A stretch of DNA of 57,578 nt, taken from Spirochaetia bacterium (GTDB lineage Bacteria; Spirochaetota; Spirochaetia; B11-G9). Location of the stretch: the NCBI GenBank assembly GCA_029932585.1, contig JAOZPU010000003.1:1-57578 (forward strand). The letters run 5' to 3'. The translations under genes were made by a program, and so were the position numbers. Below, in pieces: positions 27,750 to 39,083 of the stretch. The notes beneath the pieces are model-generated. The model was not told the origin of the DNA. It made no database searches and worked only from the letters and a program-made list of their open reading frames with translations. The number at the start of each line of letters is the position of its first letter. Position 1 is the stretch's first letter.

Positions 27750-29060
27750 TTAGTACCTATATCTTCTTAAGTATATATTTTGTAGTATTCCAACAGAAAT
27801 TAGAGCCGTCCATAATGAAGAACCTCCGTAAGAAATAAACAATAAAGGGATTCCTGTTATGGGCATAATCCCAATAGCCATACCAATATTTATAATTACA
27901 TGGAAAAAAATCATCATAACAATGCCGGAGCCAACAAATATTCCATAGTCATCTTTAGATTTCATTATAAGCATCAGTCCTCTAACAAGTATAATAGCAA
28001 AAAGAAAAATTACCAGTACAGATCCTATAAAACCCAATTCCTCTGATAAAATAGAGAAGATAAAATCTGTACTTTGTTCTGGAAGAAACCTATAATGGCT
28101 TTGGGTTCCTTGCAAAAAGCCTTTACCAGACAAACCTCCGGAACCAACGGCAATCAAGGATTGAATGATATTCCAGCCTGTTCCCCTTGGATCTACACTG
28201 GGATCCAGAAAAACAATTAAACGCATCAATTGATATTCTTTTAAAAATGCTCTAACTGCCAATGAACCAAAGAGCCCTGTAATCATTAGAAAGGATGAAT
28301 AAAAAATCCAATAAAAATAACTTCTCTTTGAATAAACAAATCCTATTATTGAAAGAAATGCAATAATACCTATAGATCCACCAAGAATAATAAATAAATC
28401 ATTATTAATTAAAACCTCAACAAACCTGAAATCTTCTTTAAGAATAAATTTCTGCCATGCAGGGAGAACTCCCATAATTATCATTAATAAACCGGATACA
28501 AAAAGAAAAAGAATATATCTTTTTTTTGCGCCAGCCATAAATGAAATTATTAGAAAAATTGGAATAAATACAAGAGCTGTGCCCATATCAGGTTGTGCTA
28601 TTACTAATAACAATGGTAAAAAACCAATTAACATAGCCAGTAAAAAAGTAGAAAGTCTTTTAATTGATTTTTTCTTTTTAACATAATAATCTGATAAAAA
28701 AAGAATTGTAGCAATTTTGGTAAACTCAGATGGCTGTATACCAAATCCAAATAGCCCTAGCCATGATTTTGATCCATTTACTTCACGACCAAATAGAAGT
28801 GTTAGAATAAGTACAAAAATAGCCCCTAAATAAATATATAATGACCATTGTCGAAAAAGTAAATAGTCAGAAAACATCACAATAAAAAATATAATTAATC
28901 CACTAATAATCCAAACTATTTGATATATAAATTCATTTGATATTCTTAGTCCTGTGGATGTGATTCCACTTGAATAAATAAACATTATCCCAAGAATCAT
29001 TAATCCCAACATTGAAACAAAGATTGCAAAATCAATATTAAAAAGATTTTTAACTTTCAC
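27750..29060 (-). CDS. rodA: rod shape-determining SEDS glycosyltransferase RodA
   Basis: A FtsW/RodA/SpoVE-type polytopic protein with QPSEFTKI, PDMGTAL, LPEQSTDFIF and GIPLLFISYGGSS. It sits directly downstream of mrdA. Confidence 0.88.
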   Translation of the reverse strand: MKVKNLFNIDFAIFVSMLGLMILGIMFIYSSGITSTGLRISNEFIYQIVWIISGLIIFFIVMFSDYLLFRQWSLYIYLGAIFVLILTLLFGREVNGSKSWLGLFGFGIQPSEFTKIATILFLSDYYVKKKKSIKRLSTFLLAMLIGFLPLLLVIAQPDMGTALVFIPIFLIISFMAGAKKRYILFLFVSGLLMIIMGVLPAWQKFILKEDFRFVEVLINNDLFIILGGSIGIIAFLSIIGFVYSKRSYFYWIFYSSFLMITGLFGSLAVRAFLKEYQLMRLIVFLDPSVDPRGTGWNIIQSLIAVGSGGLSGKGFLQGTQSHYRFLPEQSTDFIFSILSEELGFIGSVLVIFLFAIILVRGLMLIMKSKDDYGIFVGSGIVMMIFFHVIINIGMAIGIMPITGIPLLFISYGGSSLWTALISVGILQNIYLRRYRY

Positions 29061-30904
29061 TCAGGTTTCCTCTTATTTCTTAACCATCCCCATCTTAAAG
29101 AATCAATGGCATCATCATAGGTTTCATCTGCAAAAATTCCCTGATATATTATATTGGCGGCACGAATTGCCCACCATTCCCAATCATTTACTGCTTCTAC
29201 CATTGTAATTACTACAACCTGATCCTCTGGTAAAGCATCATAAGGACCATAAGATATAAACCAGGCATTCCAACTATCTTTAAGGCCTACTTCACCAGTG
29301 CCTGTTTTACCTGCAATATTCACAGCTTTAGTTGTTATTACAACCTTGGCTGTACCATCAATTATTACGCCTCTCATATATTTCTGCATAGTTTTAAATG
29401 TGCTATTGTGTATAGAGCTGGTATGAAGTATTTCTGGTGTATTTTTCTTTATAAGTTCACCTGTTACGGAATCACGAATTTCCTTAAGTAAATGAGGTTT
29501 ATATATTACTCCCTCATTAACTATCATAGCAACCAGGTTTGCCATTTGAATTGGTGTAGCATTTAAAAAGCCCTGACCTATAGACATATTAACAGTGTCA
29601 CCACCTACCCATTTGGTATTATATACACGTTCTTTCCATTCAGGTGTGGGAACAAGACCATGTATCTCCCCTGGTAAATCAATTCCTGTATATGCACCCA
29701 GACCAAACCTTCTTGCATAATCTGAAATAATATCAACACCAAGATATTTCAATCCTAAAGTATAAAAATAAACATTGCAGGATTGTTCGAGAGCTTCATG
29801 TAATATTAATTTCCCATGACCCTCAGGAACATGACAATGGAATTCTCTGTTTCCAAACCAGACACTTCCCTCACAATTTATAGATTTATTAATTGGAAAT
29901 AATTTTTCTTCTAAATTTGCAGTACTCATAACAACTTTAAAAGTTGAAGCTGGTTCATAACTCGATTGTATAGTTCTGTTTAAAAATGGATGACGGTTGT
30001 CTAATGCCACATCCCGAAAAGTAGAATTACTTTGATCGTTATAAAAATTATTAGGATTAAACCAGGGATATGAAACAAGCGCAAGAACTTCTCCAGTTGA
30101 AGGCTTAAGAATAACTACAGATCCTATTCTTTCTCCCAATGCTTCTTCTGCAAGGGTTTGTATTTTAGTATCAATAGTAAGAACTATATCCTTTCCATTT
30201 TCCGGAAGTTTATCTTCAAGCTGAACATTTTGTATTTTACGACCTTGAACATCTACAGTCTTATAATGGATACCATTAGAACCACGAAGTATTTGATCAT
30301 AGTATTTCTCAATACCACTTTTACCAACAACAGAATTTATATCGTACCCACTATTGTAAAGAATTTGGAACTCTTCACTGGTTATATCTCCTACATACCC
30401 CAAAACATGAGATATCGATCCTTTGTTTAAGTAGCTTCTAATTGGTTTGCTAATCCAGGTAACTCCCTTAAAATCCTCAATATTTTCTGCAATAATATTT
30501 ATTATGCTAAGGGGCACACCACTTTTTATCTCGATTGGTAGAAATTGATTTTTGAAGTTAATAGGTATTTTATTTTTTATATCATTAGGTTTCATATCTA
30601 ATATTTCAGATAATTTTATTACTAAAGAATCAATATTATTCATTTCAAGTTCTGCTGGTATTATAGTAACAGCAAAAGAATCTATATTTACAACCAAAGG
30701 ATTGGTTCCTTTGCGATCAAAAATCTTTCCTCGTTGAGCTGGAATAGTATTTATACGTAGAGAAACATCACGGGCTCTTGTTTGATATTCTATATTTTTT
30801 CTAACTTGTAAGTCATACAAATAAAAAATATAAACAAGAAGTATTAATATAATAAAACTTATAAATAGATAAAGTTTAATTTTAATGTTTGAATTTCTAG
30901 TCAT
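29057..30904 (-). CDS. mrdA: penicillin-binding protein 2 (elongasome transpeptidase)
   Basis: The motifs SxxK (ASTFK), SxN (SCN) and KTGT (GKTGTGE) are present. It lies between mreD and rodA with 4-nt overlaps. Confidence 0.9.
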   Translation of the reverse strand: MTRNSNIKIKLYLFISFIILILLVYIFYLYDLQVRKNIEYQTRARDVSLRINTIPAQRGKIFDRKGTNPLVVNIDSFAVTIIPAELEMNNIDSLVIKLSEILDMKPNDIKNKIPINFKNQFLPIEIKSGVPLSIINIIAENIEDFKGVTWISKPIRSYLNKGSISHVLGYVGDITSEEFQILYNSGYDINSVVGKSGIEKYYDQILRGSNGIHYKTVDVQGRKIQNVQLEDKLPENGKDIVLTIDTKIQTLAEEALGERIGSVVILKPSTGEVLALVSYPWFNPNNFYNDQSNSTFRDVALDNRHPFLNRTIQSSYEPASTFKVVMSTANLEEKLFPINKSINCEGSVWFGNREFHCHVPEGHGKLILHEALEQSCNVYFYTLGLKYLGVDIISDYARRFGLGAYTGIDLPGEIHGLVPTPEWKERVYNTKWVGGDTVNMSIGQGFLNATPIQMANLVAMIVNEGVIYKPHLLKEIRDSVTGELIKKNTPEILHTSSIHNSTFKTMQKYMRGVIIDGTAKVVITTKAVNIAGKTGTGEVGLKDSWNAWFISYGPYDALPEDQVVVITMVEAVNDWEWWAIRAANIIYQGIFADETYDDAIDSLRWGWLRNKRKPE

Positions 30905-31410
30905 GATAATCTTGAATCATTTGATGATGGTAAAATTCTTATAAATTTTAGAAAAAAGTAAATAACAGGAGTAATTAGAATATTAAAACCCATTTCTATA
31001 AACAAAGACATTGTAAAAATTGAACCTGCTTTTTCAGTAAAAAATAATAGTAATAGAAAAAAAGATAAAACGGATTTAATTAAAGTACCAATAAAAACAA
31101 AAACAATCGGAACAAAAATTGGATCTAAAAATATTTTACCAAAGGTGATTCCGCTTAAATATCCAATAATGGTATGTATTAGTGCATTAAATCCCAAAGG
31201 AGATAAACTTACAAAATCTTCTACCAATCCAGCTGTAAATCCAATTGACTGTCCCTTTAAGCTACCTGAATAGTTTGATATAAGAATTAATAATACCAGC
31301 ACAATATCAGGTTTAATACCTTTTATTGAAAAATTAGAGAGAATTGTAGACTGTAATATTATTACAAATACTATTACTATAAATCCAATAAAACTTTTTT
31401 TATTATTCAC
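30901..31410 (-). CDS. mreD: rod shape-determining protein MreD
   Basis: A 169-aa multi-TM protein in the mreC-mreD-mrdA position. It overlaps mreC by 8 nt. Confidence 0.7.
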   Translation of the reverse strand: MNNKKSFIGFIVIVFVIILQSTILSNFSIKGIKPDIVLVLLILISNYSGSLKGQSIGFTAGLVEDFVSLSPLGFNALIHTIIGYLSGITFGKIFLDPIFVPIVFVFIGTLIKSVLSFFLLLLFFTEKAGSIFTMSLFIEMGFNILITPVIYFFLKFIRILPSSNDSRLS

Positions 31411-32257
31411 CTGTTTCTTCTCCTGATAAAATCAAGACATATTCAAGTTTTGAAAAATCAATAATTGGTTCAATTTCAAGGACAAGAGATGTTTGCCATT
31501 CCGGTACTTCTATATTTCTGACTCTACCAATATATATTCCCCCAGGGTAAATTGATTTCATTCCTGAACTTATTACAAGATCGCCTTCCTTAATTGAATT
31601 ATATGCATTTTTACTTACATAATTCATTAAAAGATTACCATTTATAGAACCTAACCCATTTGTAAGCCCATTGTATCTGCTTTCAAGAAGTTTTGCTGCT
31701 ACATAGCTTGTATTATCTATAATAAGACTAATTTTTGAAGTCAATAAACTTGTTTCCATAATTTTTCCAACCAAACCCTGGAATCCATCCTGGAAAGCAA
31801 GAACAGGCATATTTCTTTCAACACCTTGTAAAGTGCCTTTATCAATAACAAAAGAAGTAAAAATATTACCAGGATTATGAGCAATTATTTCTGCAGATAT
31901 TAAAGTAAAATCAGATGAGTCTTTAAAATCCAATTGTTCTTTTAATCTTTTATTTTCCTGGTTAATTTCAAGAAAATCTCTGTCGCGAATTTGATATTTC
32001 TGAACTTTTAATAGAAGAATTTGCTGCTCTTCTTTTAATTTTTTTAATTCACCAATTGAATTAAAAGTTCCTGTTATAAAATTACCAGTAGAATTTACAG
32101 CAATTTGTAAAATTGAAAAAATAGAATTCCCAATTTTTTTTGGAGAAAAATTACTTTGACCTGTGCTTAAAGTAATTGAAAATAATGAGATAAATATAAG
32201 CAATATCAGGAGAGAAGCATTTTTATATTTAGATATTATTTTACCTATTTTAAACAT
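31403..32257 (-). CDS. mreC: rod shape-determining protein MreC
   Basis: N-terminal TM, coiled coil (LKKLKEEQQILLLKV..NKRLKEQL), then a beta-rich domain (GLVGKI....GDLVISSG....YPGGIYIGRV). Confidence 0.8.
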   Translation of the reverse strand: MFKIGKIISKYKNASLLILLIFISLFSITLSTGQSNFSPKKIGNSIFSILQIAVNSTGNFITGTFNSIGELKKLKEEQQILLLKVQKYQIRDRDFLEINQENKRLKEQLDFKDSSDFTLISAEIIAHNPGNIFTSFVIDKGTLQGVERNMPVLAFQDGFQGLVGKIMETSLLTSKISLIIDNTSYVAAKLLESRYNGLTNGLGSINGNLLMNYVSKNAYNSIKEGDLVISSGMKSIYPGGIYIGRVRNIEVPEWQTSLVLEIEPIIDFSKLEYVLILSGEETGE

Positions 32258-32260
32258 ACT

Positions 32261-33304
32261 CTAGGAATTTAAGTAATTATATATTGTCTTTGTACTAGCG
32301 GCATCTTTAACAAGTTCGAAATATTTACCAGCACCATTTGCAACACATAACAAAGGATCTTCTGCAAGTATAACTGGAACTCCTGTTTCTTTACCTATTA
32401 ATTTGGGAAGTCCCTTTAGCAGAGAACCTCCTCCTGTCATAACAATTCCACGTTCAACAATATCTGCAGCTAATTCAGGTGGTGTCTGTCCCAAAGTTTT
32501 TTTAATTTCATCAATAATGGCTATTATAGGTTCCTGTAAGGATTCCCGAACTTCTACACTATCAATTTCAAGTCTTCTTGGTAATCCTGTTATTGCATCG
32601 GTACCTTTTATTTCCATTTTTTCAATTTTTTTATCTGCAGAAGCATTTCCAATATTTATTTTTAAATTTTCAGAAGATTGTTCACCTATAATTAAATTAT
32701 GAACTGTTCTTACATGTTTAATTATTGCTTTATCAAACTCATCTCCACCTAAACGAATAGCATTAGTTACAACCATTCCTCCTAGAGAAATAACTGATAT
32801 TTCTGTTGTTCCTCCACCAATATCGCATATCATGTGTCCAGCAGGTTCAAATATAGGAATATCTGCACCTATGGCTGCGGCCAGAGACTCTTCAATAACC
32901 TTAACCTCCCTGGCACCTGCCTTATATGCACTTTCTTCGACAGCTCTTCTTTCTACTTCTGTAATACAGGTGGGAACTCCAATAACCATCCGTGGTTTTA
33001 CAAACCACCTTTTTGGTATTACTTTAGATATAAAATATCGTATCATCTTTTCAGTTGTATCAAGATCAGCTATAACACCATCACGTAAAGGTCGAATAGC
33101 AATAATATCACCAGGAGTCTTCCAAAGCATTCTTTTTGCTTCATGTCCAACTGCTACAACTTTCTTTGTTCCTCTTTCTACAGCAACAACAGATGGTTCT
33201 GTAATAACAATACCTTTCCCCTTGATATATATAAGTGTATTACAAGTACCAAGATCTATACCAATATCCATAGAAAAACTATTAAACATTTTTTTCATGC
33301 CCAT
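32261..33304 (-). CDS. mreB: rod shape-determining actin homologue MreB
   Basis: [36 protein letters not shown] and [19 protein letters not shown] lies upstream of the ATG. Confidence 0.95.
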   Translation of the reverse strand: MGMKKMFNSFSMDIGIDLGTCNTLIYIKGKGIVITEPSVVAVERGTKKVVAVGHEAKRMLWKTPGDIIAIRPLRDGVIADLDTTEKMIRYFISKVIPKRWFVKPRMVIGVPTCITEVERRAVEESAYKAGAREVKVIEESLAAAIGADIPIFEPAGHMICDIGGGTTEISVISLGGMVVTNAIRLGGDEFDKAIIKHVRTVHNLIIGEQSSENLKINIGNASADKKIEKMEIKGTDAITGLPRRLEIDSVEVRESLQEPIIAIIDEIKKTLGQTPPELAADIVERGIVMTGGGSLLKGLPKLIGKETGVPVILAEDPLLCVANGAGKYFELVKDAASTKTIYNYLNS

Positions 33305-33357
33305 ATATTACTCCCTTACTTTGATAAAATATTATTTTATCATTCTTACTTATTATT

Positions 33358-34305
33358 TTAATGCAGCTTTAGAAGAGCCCCATAGTGCGAAGGATCAAGT
33401 TCTAATGCCTTTCTCCATTCAGCCCGGGCTTTTATAGTATTATCTCGTTCAGAATAAATCTCACCAATATAATAATGAGCATCTGCAGATCCTGGATTCT
33501 TATCCAATATTAAATTATACTGTTCTTCTGCTTTTTCAAGTTCATCTTCCTCAATAAATATTTTACCCAGAAGAAACCTACTTTTTATTTCTACTCTAAA
33601 ATCATCATTGATATCAATAGCTCTTTTTAAATATAATTTTGAATTTTTATTATCACCAAGTTTATGATAAGTCTGGCCTATTACAAGTAATATCATATCA
33701 TCTTTATCATTATCAATAGTCTTAAGAAATAGTTCAATACCTTCTTCATAAAAGCCAAGCTCACTATAACTTAATCCTAAATATTTGTATGTATCAATAT
33801 TAATATATTCGAGTTCTATTGATTTCTCCAGGTAATATATTGCCTGATCTAAATAAAAACGTCCTTTATGGTAATATGCTTTACCAAGTATATAATTTAC
33901 TTTGCCAGCAAGAGGTTCGGATTTGATAAGAAGTGCTTTTCTTAGATTTATTATAGCAGCATCAAGTAATGGTAATTGATCTTCAAGTGTAAATTGAGCA
34001 ATCCCTAAATGAAAATATGCAAATCCGTTATATATCAAAGATTCAGGATCAAGGGGATTTAAAAGAAGTTTTTCTTCACATCTTTCGGATAACTCTTTAT
34101 ATTTACTGTCTGTCCACAAATTTTCCAGAGTTATTTCTTTTGGAATTATTTTTTTCGAAGTGACATTATTGTCTGAAACTTTAGCTTTAAGTCCTATAAA
34201 TGTAAGGGAAGCAAAGATTAAAACAAAAAGTAAAATTACTAAAAAAACGGGTATTCTTCTTTTTTTCTTTTTATGATAATTGTATCTATTTTCTGGAATG
34301 ATCAT
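33358..34305 (-). CDS. membrane-anchored TPR protein
   Basis: TPR units (GKAYYHKGRFYLDQAIYYLEKSIEL; AHYYIGEIYSERDNTIKARAEWRKALELDP). I moved the start to ATG 34305 (MIIPENRY...) because the longer ORF-track start (34380) overlaps rnpB. Confidence 0.55.
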   Translation of the reverse strand: MIIPENRYNYHKKKKRRIPVFLVILLFVLIFASLTFIGLKAKVSDNNVTSKKIIPKEITLENLWTDSKYKELSERCEEKLLLNPLDPESLIYNGFAYFHLGIAQFTLEDQLPLLDAAIINLRKALLIKSEPLAGKVNYILGKAYYHKGRFYLDQAIYYLEKSIELEYINIDTYKYLGLSYSELGFYEEGIELFLKTIDNDKDDMILLVIGQTYHKLGDNKNSKLYLKRAIDINDDFRVEIKSRFLLGKIFIEEDELEKAEEQYNLILDKNPGSADAHYYIGEIYSERDNTIKARAEWRKALELDPSHYGALLKLH

Positions 34306-34341
34306 ATTAAGATATTTTCCCTGTATAATATAAAATAAAAA

Positions 34342-34690
34342 AAGCAGGTCTATAAGCCGGGTTCTGTTATTGGTAATCATCTATCTAAGCACAAAGTTAC
34401 CAATGTGCTTGAGCAATCTACCCGTAGTCTTTAGGCGAACAAACCAAACTACTGCTCGATTTTACTCCTGGAGAGGTTTACCATGCCAACCATGTTACCA
34501 TGGAAGCGGTGGGCTCTTACCCCACCATTTCACCCTTACTTTAAATATATAAAAAAAATACATTTAAAGCGGTATATTTTCTGTGGCACTTTCTGTAACA
34601 CATATCTGTGTTCCCGGGAGTTACCCGGCACCAATGTTCTATGGAGCCCGGACTTTCCTCTGATACTATCAGCGATTACCTGACCTGCTA
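34342..34690 (-). ncRNA. rnpB: RNase P RNA, bacterial type A
   Basis: The minus strand contains GAGGAAAGUCCGGGCUCC (34660-34643), ACAGAAAGUGCCACAGAAAA (34596-34577) and ACAGAACCCGGCUUAU (34367-34352). The P1 helix pairs AGCAGGUC with GACCUGCU at the two ends. It forms a GC-rich island in AT-rich DNA. Confidence 0.9.
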
Positions 34691-34710
34691 ATTAATTTTT
34701 AAAAACTATT

Positions 34711-35511
34711 TTAACTGATATCAAAATCAATGGTATCAGCATTAACCAAATCTGCAAGACCTCCGGAATCTGCATCTGAAAAGCTATATTCATCCTGTAA
34801 AAGATCTTCTTCATAATAGAGAATTCTACTACAGTATGGACAAAAATGAATCTCGTCTCCAGCATGTACATCATTCTGAAACTGTGCAGGTAGAACCATA
34901 TGACAACCTGTACAAACATAATCTTTAACCGGTACTATACCAAGACCGGATTTGCTGCGAATAATTCTCTCAAATTTAAACAGAATATCCTCATCAAGTC
35001 CAGGAATTATTTTTGATTCCTGTATTTTTAATTCCTCAAGCAATTTCTCTTTTTCAAGACTTTCAGCTTTAATATTCGCCTGTTCCTCGGTTAATTCCTG
35101 CTCCTGCTGGGAAATCATTTTTTCTTCCTGGACAAGTGAAAGTTTAATAACATCCTGTTCTTTTTCTTCCCTTAAAATGTCTTTTCTGTATTGCTGTCCT
35201 TTTTCTGTAGCAGCTTTGATCTGTTTATCAAGAGCCTCATATTCTCTTTGAGTTGTAATAATATCCATTTGTTTTTCATATTCTTCTCTTTCTCTTTCAG
35301 CTTCACTAAGAAGAAATTTCAAATGTTTTATCTTATTTTGAGTCTCTGTTAAAAGATCATTTTTCTCAATATAATCTTTTTTAAGTCTAATAAGAAGCTC
35401 ATTTTTTGTGTTAAGAGCTTTGGGAATCTCATAAATCTCTCTCTCAATTTCATATTTACTGGATAAAATATCCTGAAGATTTCTAAGTTTATCGAAAACT
35501 TCCTGCATCAT
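34711..35511 (-). CDS. coiled-coil protein with C-terminal C4 zinc ribbon (COG1579/DUF164-like)
   Basis: A long heptad-rich region followed by CTGCHMVLPAQ....HFCPYCSRILY (CxxC...CxxC). Confidence 0.7.
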   Translation of the reverse strand: MMQEVFDKLRNLQDILSSKYEIEREIYEIPKALNTKNELLIRLKKDYIEKNDLLTETQNKIKHLKFLLSEAEREREEYEKQMDIITTQREYEALDKQIKAATEKGQQYRKDILREEKEQDVIKLSLVQEEKMISQQEQELTEEQANIKAESLEKEKLLEELKIQESKIIPGLDEDILFKFERIIRSKSGLGIVPVKDYVCTGCHMVLPAQFQNDVHAGDEIHFCPYCSRILYYEEDLLQDEYSFSDADSGGLADLVNADTIDFDIS

Positions 35512-35523
35512 AAGTGCAACTCC

Positions 35524-37317
35524 TTAATTATCTATATAATCCTTTAATCTTCGACTTCTTTTAGGATGTCTTAACCTTCTAAGAGCCTTAGCCTCAATTT
35601 GTCGAATTCTTTCTCTTGTAACATTAAAATATAATCCAACTTCTTCCAAAGTTAGTGAATACCCATCTTCCAATCCAAATCTCATTTTAAGAACTTCCTG
35701 TTCCCGTGGTGGTAATGTAAAAAGAACCTCTTGTAACTGTTCCTGAAGCAGTCTAAAAGCTGTTTGATTTGCAGGGTTTTCAATATCCTTATCTTCAATA
35801 AAATCACCTAATAGAGAATCCTCTTCTTCTCCAATTGGAGTTTCCAAGGAAATAGGCTCTCTTGCAACATTTTTTACAGATTTAATTCTAAGAACAGTCC
35901 AACCTAATCTTTCAGCAACTTCTTCATCAGTAGGTTCACGACCAAGCATTTGCATTAACTGTCTGGATTCCCGAACAACTTTATTGATTTGTTCAATCAT
36001 ATGAACAGGAACTCTAATAGTTCTTGCCTGGTCAGATATAGACCGTGTAATGGCCTGCCTGATCCACCATGTTGCATATGTTGAGAATTTATAACCCTTT
36101 CTATATTCAAATTTTTCTACAGCCTTTATTAATCCTATATTACCTTCCTGTACCAGATCAAAAAAATGCAAACCCCTGTTAGTATATTTTTTCGCTATAC
36201 TGACAACAAGTCGAAGATTAGCCTGAATCAACCTGTCTTTTGCATTTTTCATCATAATTTTACCTTCCGAGATCTCTTTCGATCTTTCCAGTATATCTTC
36301 AATATTATCTTCAAAGTTAATTTCAATGGTTTTTAATTTTTTTTCATTAACCTGAATTTGTCTTATTTTATTTTTAATTTTTTCTGCAGAAAGTTGTAAA
36401 TCTTCCTCGATTTTCTGTCTTGATTCGGGTATAGCTAAACCCCTGCCCATTGTTCGTAATTCTTTTGTACTTTTTATATTCAAACGCCTTTCTATTCGTC
36501 TTTGTTCTTTTTTATAATGTCGTATTTTCCTTTCAGTTTCCATAAAATAATCAGAAAATGCAATGATCTCTGTCTGATGTATATTTATTTTCAGGATTTT
36601 TTTTAATAACTGGGTTTTCCTTTTAACAAGAATAGGATCTGATACTACTTCATTACCTGCTTCAATTATTTTTGTTTTAACATCCATATACTGTTTTAAT
36701 GTAGTAGATATTTCTCCCAGACTTTCACGATAAAATTGATTCAGGCGTCTTCTTTCTGCTAGTATTTCCGAGACCTCTTTTTTTGATATATCCAATTCCT
36801 TAGGGTCAGCTTTTGAAAAAGTTTTTAACAGAAGGTTATACATTTCAGGAATTATCATCCCCGATTCTTTTATAACATTTTTTATTATATTTTCTCCATT
36901 TTCCATTTGCTTGGAGAGTTCAACTTCCTGTTCACCAGTTAAAAGATTTTCTTTACCTATTTCACGTAAATATAGACGTATAGGATCATCTATAGAGGAC
37001 TCTTTCTCATTGTACACAATTTTCTTTTTTATCTCTGGTACAATTTGAGTAAGATTTTCTAATTCGCCATCAGGTAAAATTTCTTCTGCATCATTGTCAT
37101 CATCCTCAGACAATACTTCTACCTCTGGAGCCCCTATACTTTCTTCTTCAAAAGTTATTTTATTTTTTTCCAGTAAACTTATCACTTCTTCTATTTTATC
37201 TGAATTTGATATTGATTCCGGTAAAAAGTCATTAACCTCATCATAAGTAACACTTCTTTTTACTTTAGCATATTCAAGAAGTTTTATGACCGATGGGTCA
37301 TTCTGAATGTCCGACAC
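35524..37317 (-). CDS. rpoD: RNA polymerase primary sigma factor
   Basis: [58 protein letters not shown] (regions 2.1-2.4) and region 4.2 [28 protein letters not shown]. The N-terminus is acidic. Confidence 0.95.
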   Translation of the reverse strand: MSDIQNDPSVIKLLEYAKVKRSVTYDEVNDFLPESISNSDKIEEVISLLEKNKITFEEESIGAPEVEVLSEDDDNDAEEILPDGELENLTQIVPEIKKKIVYNEKESSIDDPIRLYLREIGKENLLTGEQEVELSKQMENGENIIKNVIKESGMIIPEMYNLLLKTFSKADPKELDISKKEVSEILAERRRLNQFYRESLGEISTTLKQYMDVKTKIIEAGNEVVSDPILVKRKTQLLKKILKINIHQTEIIAFSDYFMETERKIRHYKKEQRRIERRLNIKSTKELRTMGRGLAIPESRQKIEEDLQLSAEKIKNKIRQIQVNEKKLKTIEINFEDNIEDILERSKEISEGKIMMKNAKDRLIQANLRLVVSIAKKYTNRGLHFFDLVQEGNIGLIKAVEKFEYRKGYKFSTYATWWIRQAITRSISDQARTIRVPVHMIEQINKVVRESRQLMQMLGREPTDEEVAERLGWTVLRIKSVKNVAREPISLETPIGEEEDSLLGDFIEDKDIENPANQTAFRLLQEQLQEVLFTLPPREQEVLKMRFGLEDGYSLTLEEVGLYFNVTRERIRQIEAKALRRLRHPKRSRRLKDYIDN

Positions 37318-37319
37318 TA

Positions 37320-39080
37320 TTAATTACCCTTTATTCTTAAAAGTTCTTCATCTAAATATTTTTTTTCAGAAAGGAGTCTTTCCAACTCATCTCTTGCTTT
37401 AACTGAATCTGTCTTCCTTAACAAAATTTCAACTTCGCTGCGTTTTTTTTCAAAACTACGCTGCTTTATTCTTCTAACTCCATCTTTAATTATCTGATCT
37501 GGATTGATCCTAAACTCTCCTGTAGAGAGTTTATATGTAATTAAATCATGAAGCCGCTTGTCATCTATTTCAGAAATGATATCTTTTTCAAAAGAAACAT
37601 CTCTTCTGTACATCTCTTCCAGAAGAATATACACTTTTTTTGCTTCAGAATCCAGTAAATCATCAATATCAAGTGTATTTCTAACAGATTGAAAAGCGTC
37701 TCTGTTTTCTATCAATGCAATCATAAGAAAAAGATCTAAAGAAACATGTATTTCGTCTACATTATCTTTTTTAAGACCTTTTACTTTAAAATTGTTTATC
37801 CCCTTATTTATTACAGCAAAATCTTTAAAAACAGCTCTTATGTCCACTTCTAAAACTTCTGATAGATACTTAAAACTATCCTCTTTTCTTAATTCAGTAC
37901 TTAAACCAGCTAAATATGGTGCTACAAATTTCAAAATCGATTCTTTAGCTTCTGTATTTTTAAGTCCATAGCGATTTATTGCCATCTTAACCAAATACTC
38001 AAAAGTATTTATAGGATATTTTGATAGTTTATTCAACGCCTCAGGACCTTCTTTTTCAAGTATCTCGGAAGGATCCTTACCTTTTGGTAATGTAAGTACA
38101 AAATTTGTTATTCCAACTTTTTCTAAAATTATTGCAGATTTTAAAGTAGCTTCTATTCCAGCAGTATCCGGATCAAAAACAATAATACATTTCGATGCAT
38201 ATCTTTTTAAATATTTTGCCTGCATCTCTGTAAAAGCTGTACCTAATGGGGCTACTACATTAGGGATTCCTGACTGATAAAATGCAAGTACATCGAAATT
38301 ACCCTCTACAAGAAAAAATTCTTTATTTTTTCGGATAAATTTTGCTGCTGTGTGTATACCATATAATGTCTCACCTTTTTTATATATATTTGTTTCAGGT
38401 GAATTAATATATTTACCACCCCAGTCACTCTCTTTTAATTTACGGGCACTAAAAGCAATTGTATCATTTTGTACATTTATTATTGGAAATATCAAACGAT
38501 TAGTAAAAAGACTTATTTTTCTGTTTTTTGTAAAGAAAATTCCGGATGATAATAAAAATTTTTCTGAATAATTCTTTGATCTTAAAAAATTATATAGCCA
38601 GAACCTTTCAGATGGAGCATAACCTAGTTTAAATAAATTTATTGTGTCAGTGCTAATGCCTCTTTTATATAAATATTTTAAAACATCTCCAGAAGAATTT
38701 TTATTTTGCAAAATAAAATTGAAACTTCCTGTAATTTTATTGTAAAGATCTACAAGAGCTTCTTTTTGTTTATCTTCAGGACTTTCTTTTTGACTATCTA
38801 TTTCAACTCCAGATTGAATAGCTAGTTGTTTAAAAGCCTCAAAAAAAGAAATATTTTCAATTTCAATTAAAAAATCAAATACATTGCCACCTTTATGACA
38901 TCCAAAACAATAGAACATATTTTTATCTTCAGTAACTGAAAAAGAAGGCGTTTTTTCATTGTGGAAAGGACATAACCCCCAATATTTATCCCCTTTTTGT
39001 TTTAAGGGTAAATAACCGGAAATTAATTCGACAATACTTATTTTATCTAAAATTTCCTGTTTTTTGAGATCAAATGACAT
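37320..39080 (-). CDS. dnaG: DNA primase
   Basis: The zinc ribbon [13 protein letters not shown]....[14 protein letters not shown] and the TOPRIM motifs EGNFDVL and FDPDTAG. It lies immediately upstream of rpoD. Confidence 0.92.
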   Translation of the reverse strand: MSFDLKKQEILDKISIVELISGYLPLKQKGDKYWGLCPFHNEKTPSFSVTEDKNMFYCFGCHKGGNVFDFLIEIENISFFEAFKQLAIQSGVEIDSQKESPEDKQKEALVDLYNKITGSFNFILQNKNSSGDVLKYLYKRGISTDTINLFKLGYAPSERFWLYNFLRSKNYSEKFLLSSGIFFTKNRKISLFTNRLIFPIINVQNDTIAFSARKLKESDWGGKYINSPETNIYKKGETLYGIHTAAKFIRKNKEFFLVEGNFDVLAFYQSGIPNVVAPLGTAFTEMQAKYLKRYASKCIIVFDPDTAGIEATLKSAIILEKVGITNFVLTLPKGKDPSEILEKEGPEALNKLSKYPINTFEYLVKMAINRYGLKNTEAKESILKFVAPYLAGLSTELRKEDSFKYLSEVLEVDIRAVFKDFAVINKGINNFKVKGLKKDNVDEIHVSLDLFLMIALIENRDAFQSVRNTLDIDDLLDSEAKKVYILLEEMYRRDVSFEKDIISEIDDKRLHDLITYKLSTGEFRINPDQIIKDGVRRIKQRSFEKKRSEVEILLRKTDSVKARDELERLLSEKKYLDEELLRIKGN

Positions 39081-39083
39081 TAA

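Noticed and set aside
32832-33437. Long overlapping or antisense ORFs inside well-supported genes. Examples are 32832-33437 and 32403-32702 in mreB, 42304-42675 and 43585-43971 in the OmpA/Ig gene, 14619-15014 in scpA, 22743-23129 in the cyclase, and 305-583 in murJ.
   Set aside because: Each lies opposite or out of frame with a gene that has strong motif support. They have low-complexity or odd composition and no RBS. I treat them as non-coding.
34306-34380. A 25-codon N-terminal extension of the TPR ORF (MITNNRTRLIDLLFLFYIIQGKYLN).
   Set aside because: It overlaps the 3' part of rnpB, including the conserved ACAGAACCCGGCUUAU. The internal ATG at 34305 gives a sensible K/R-rich N-terminus followed by a TM helix.
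34370-34683. Plus-strand ORFs 34370-34552 and 34483-34683.
   Set aside because: They lie entirely inside the RNase P RNA gene, on the opposite strand. The GC-rich stable-RNA sequence simply lacks stops.
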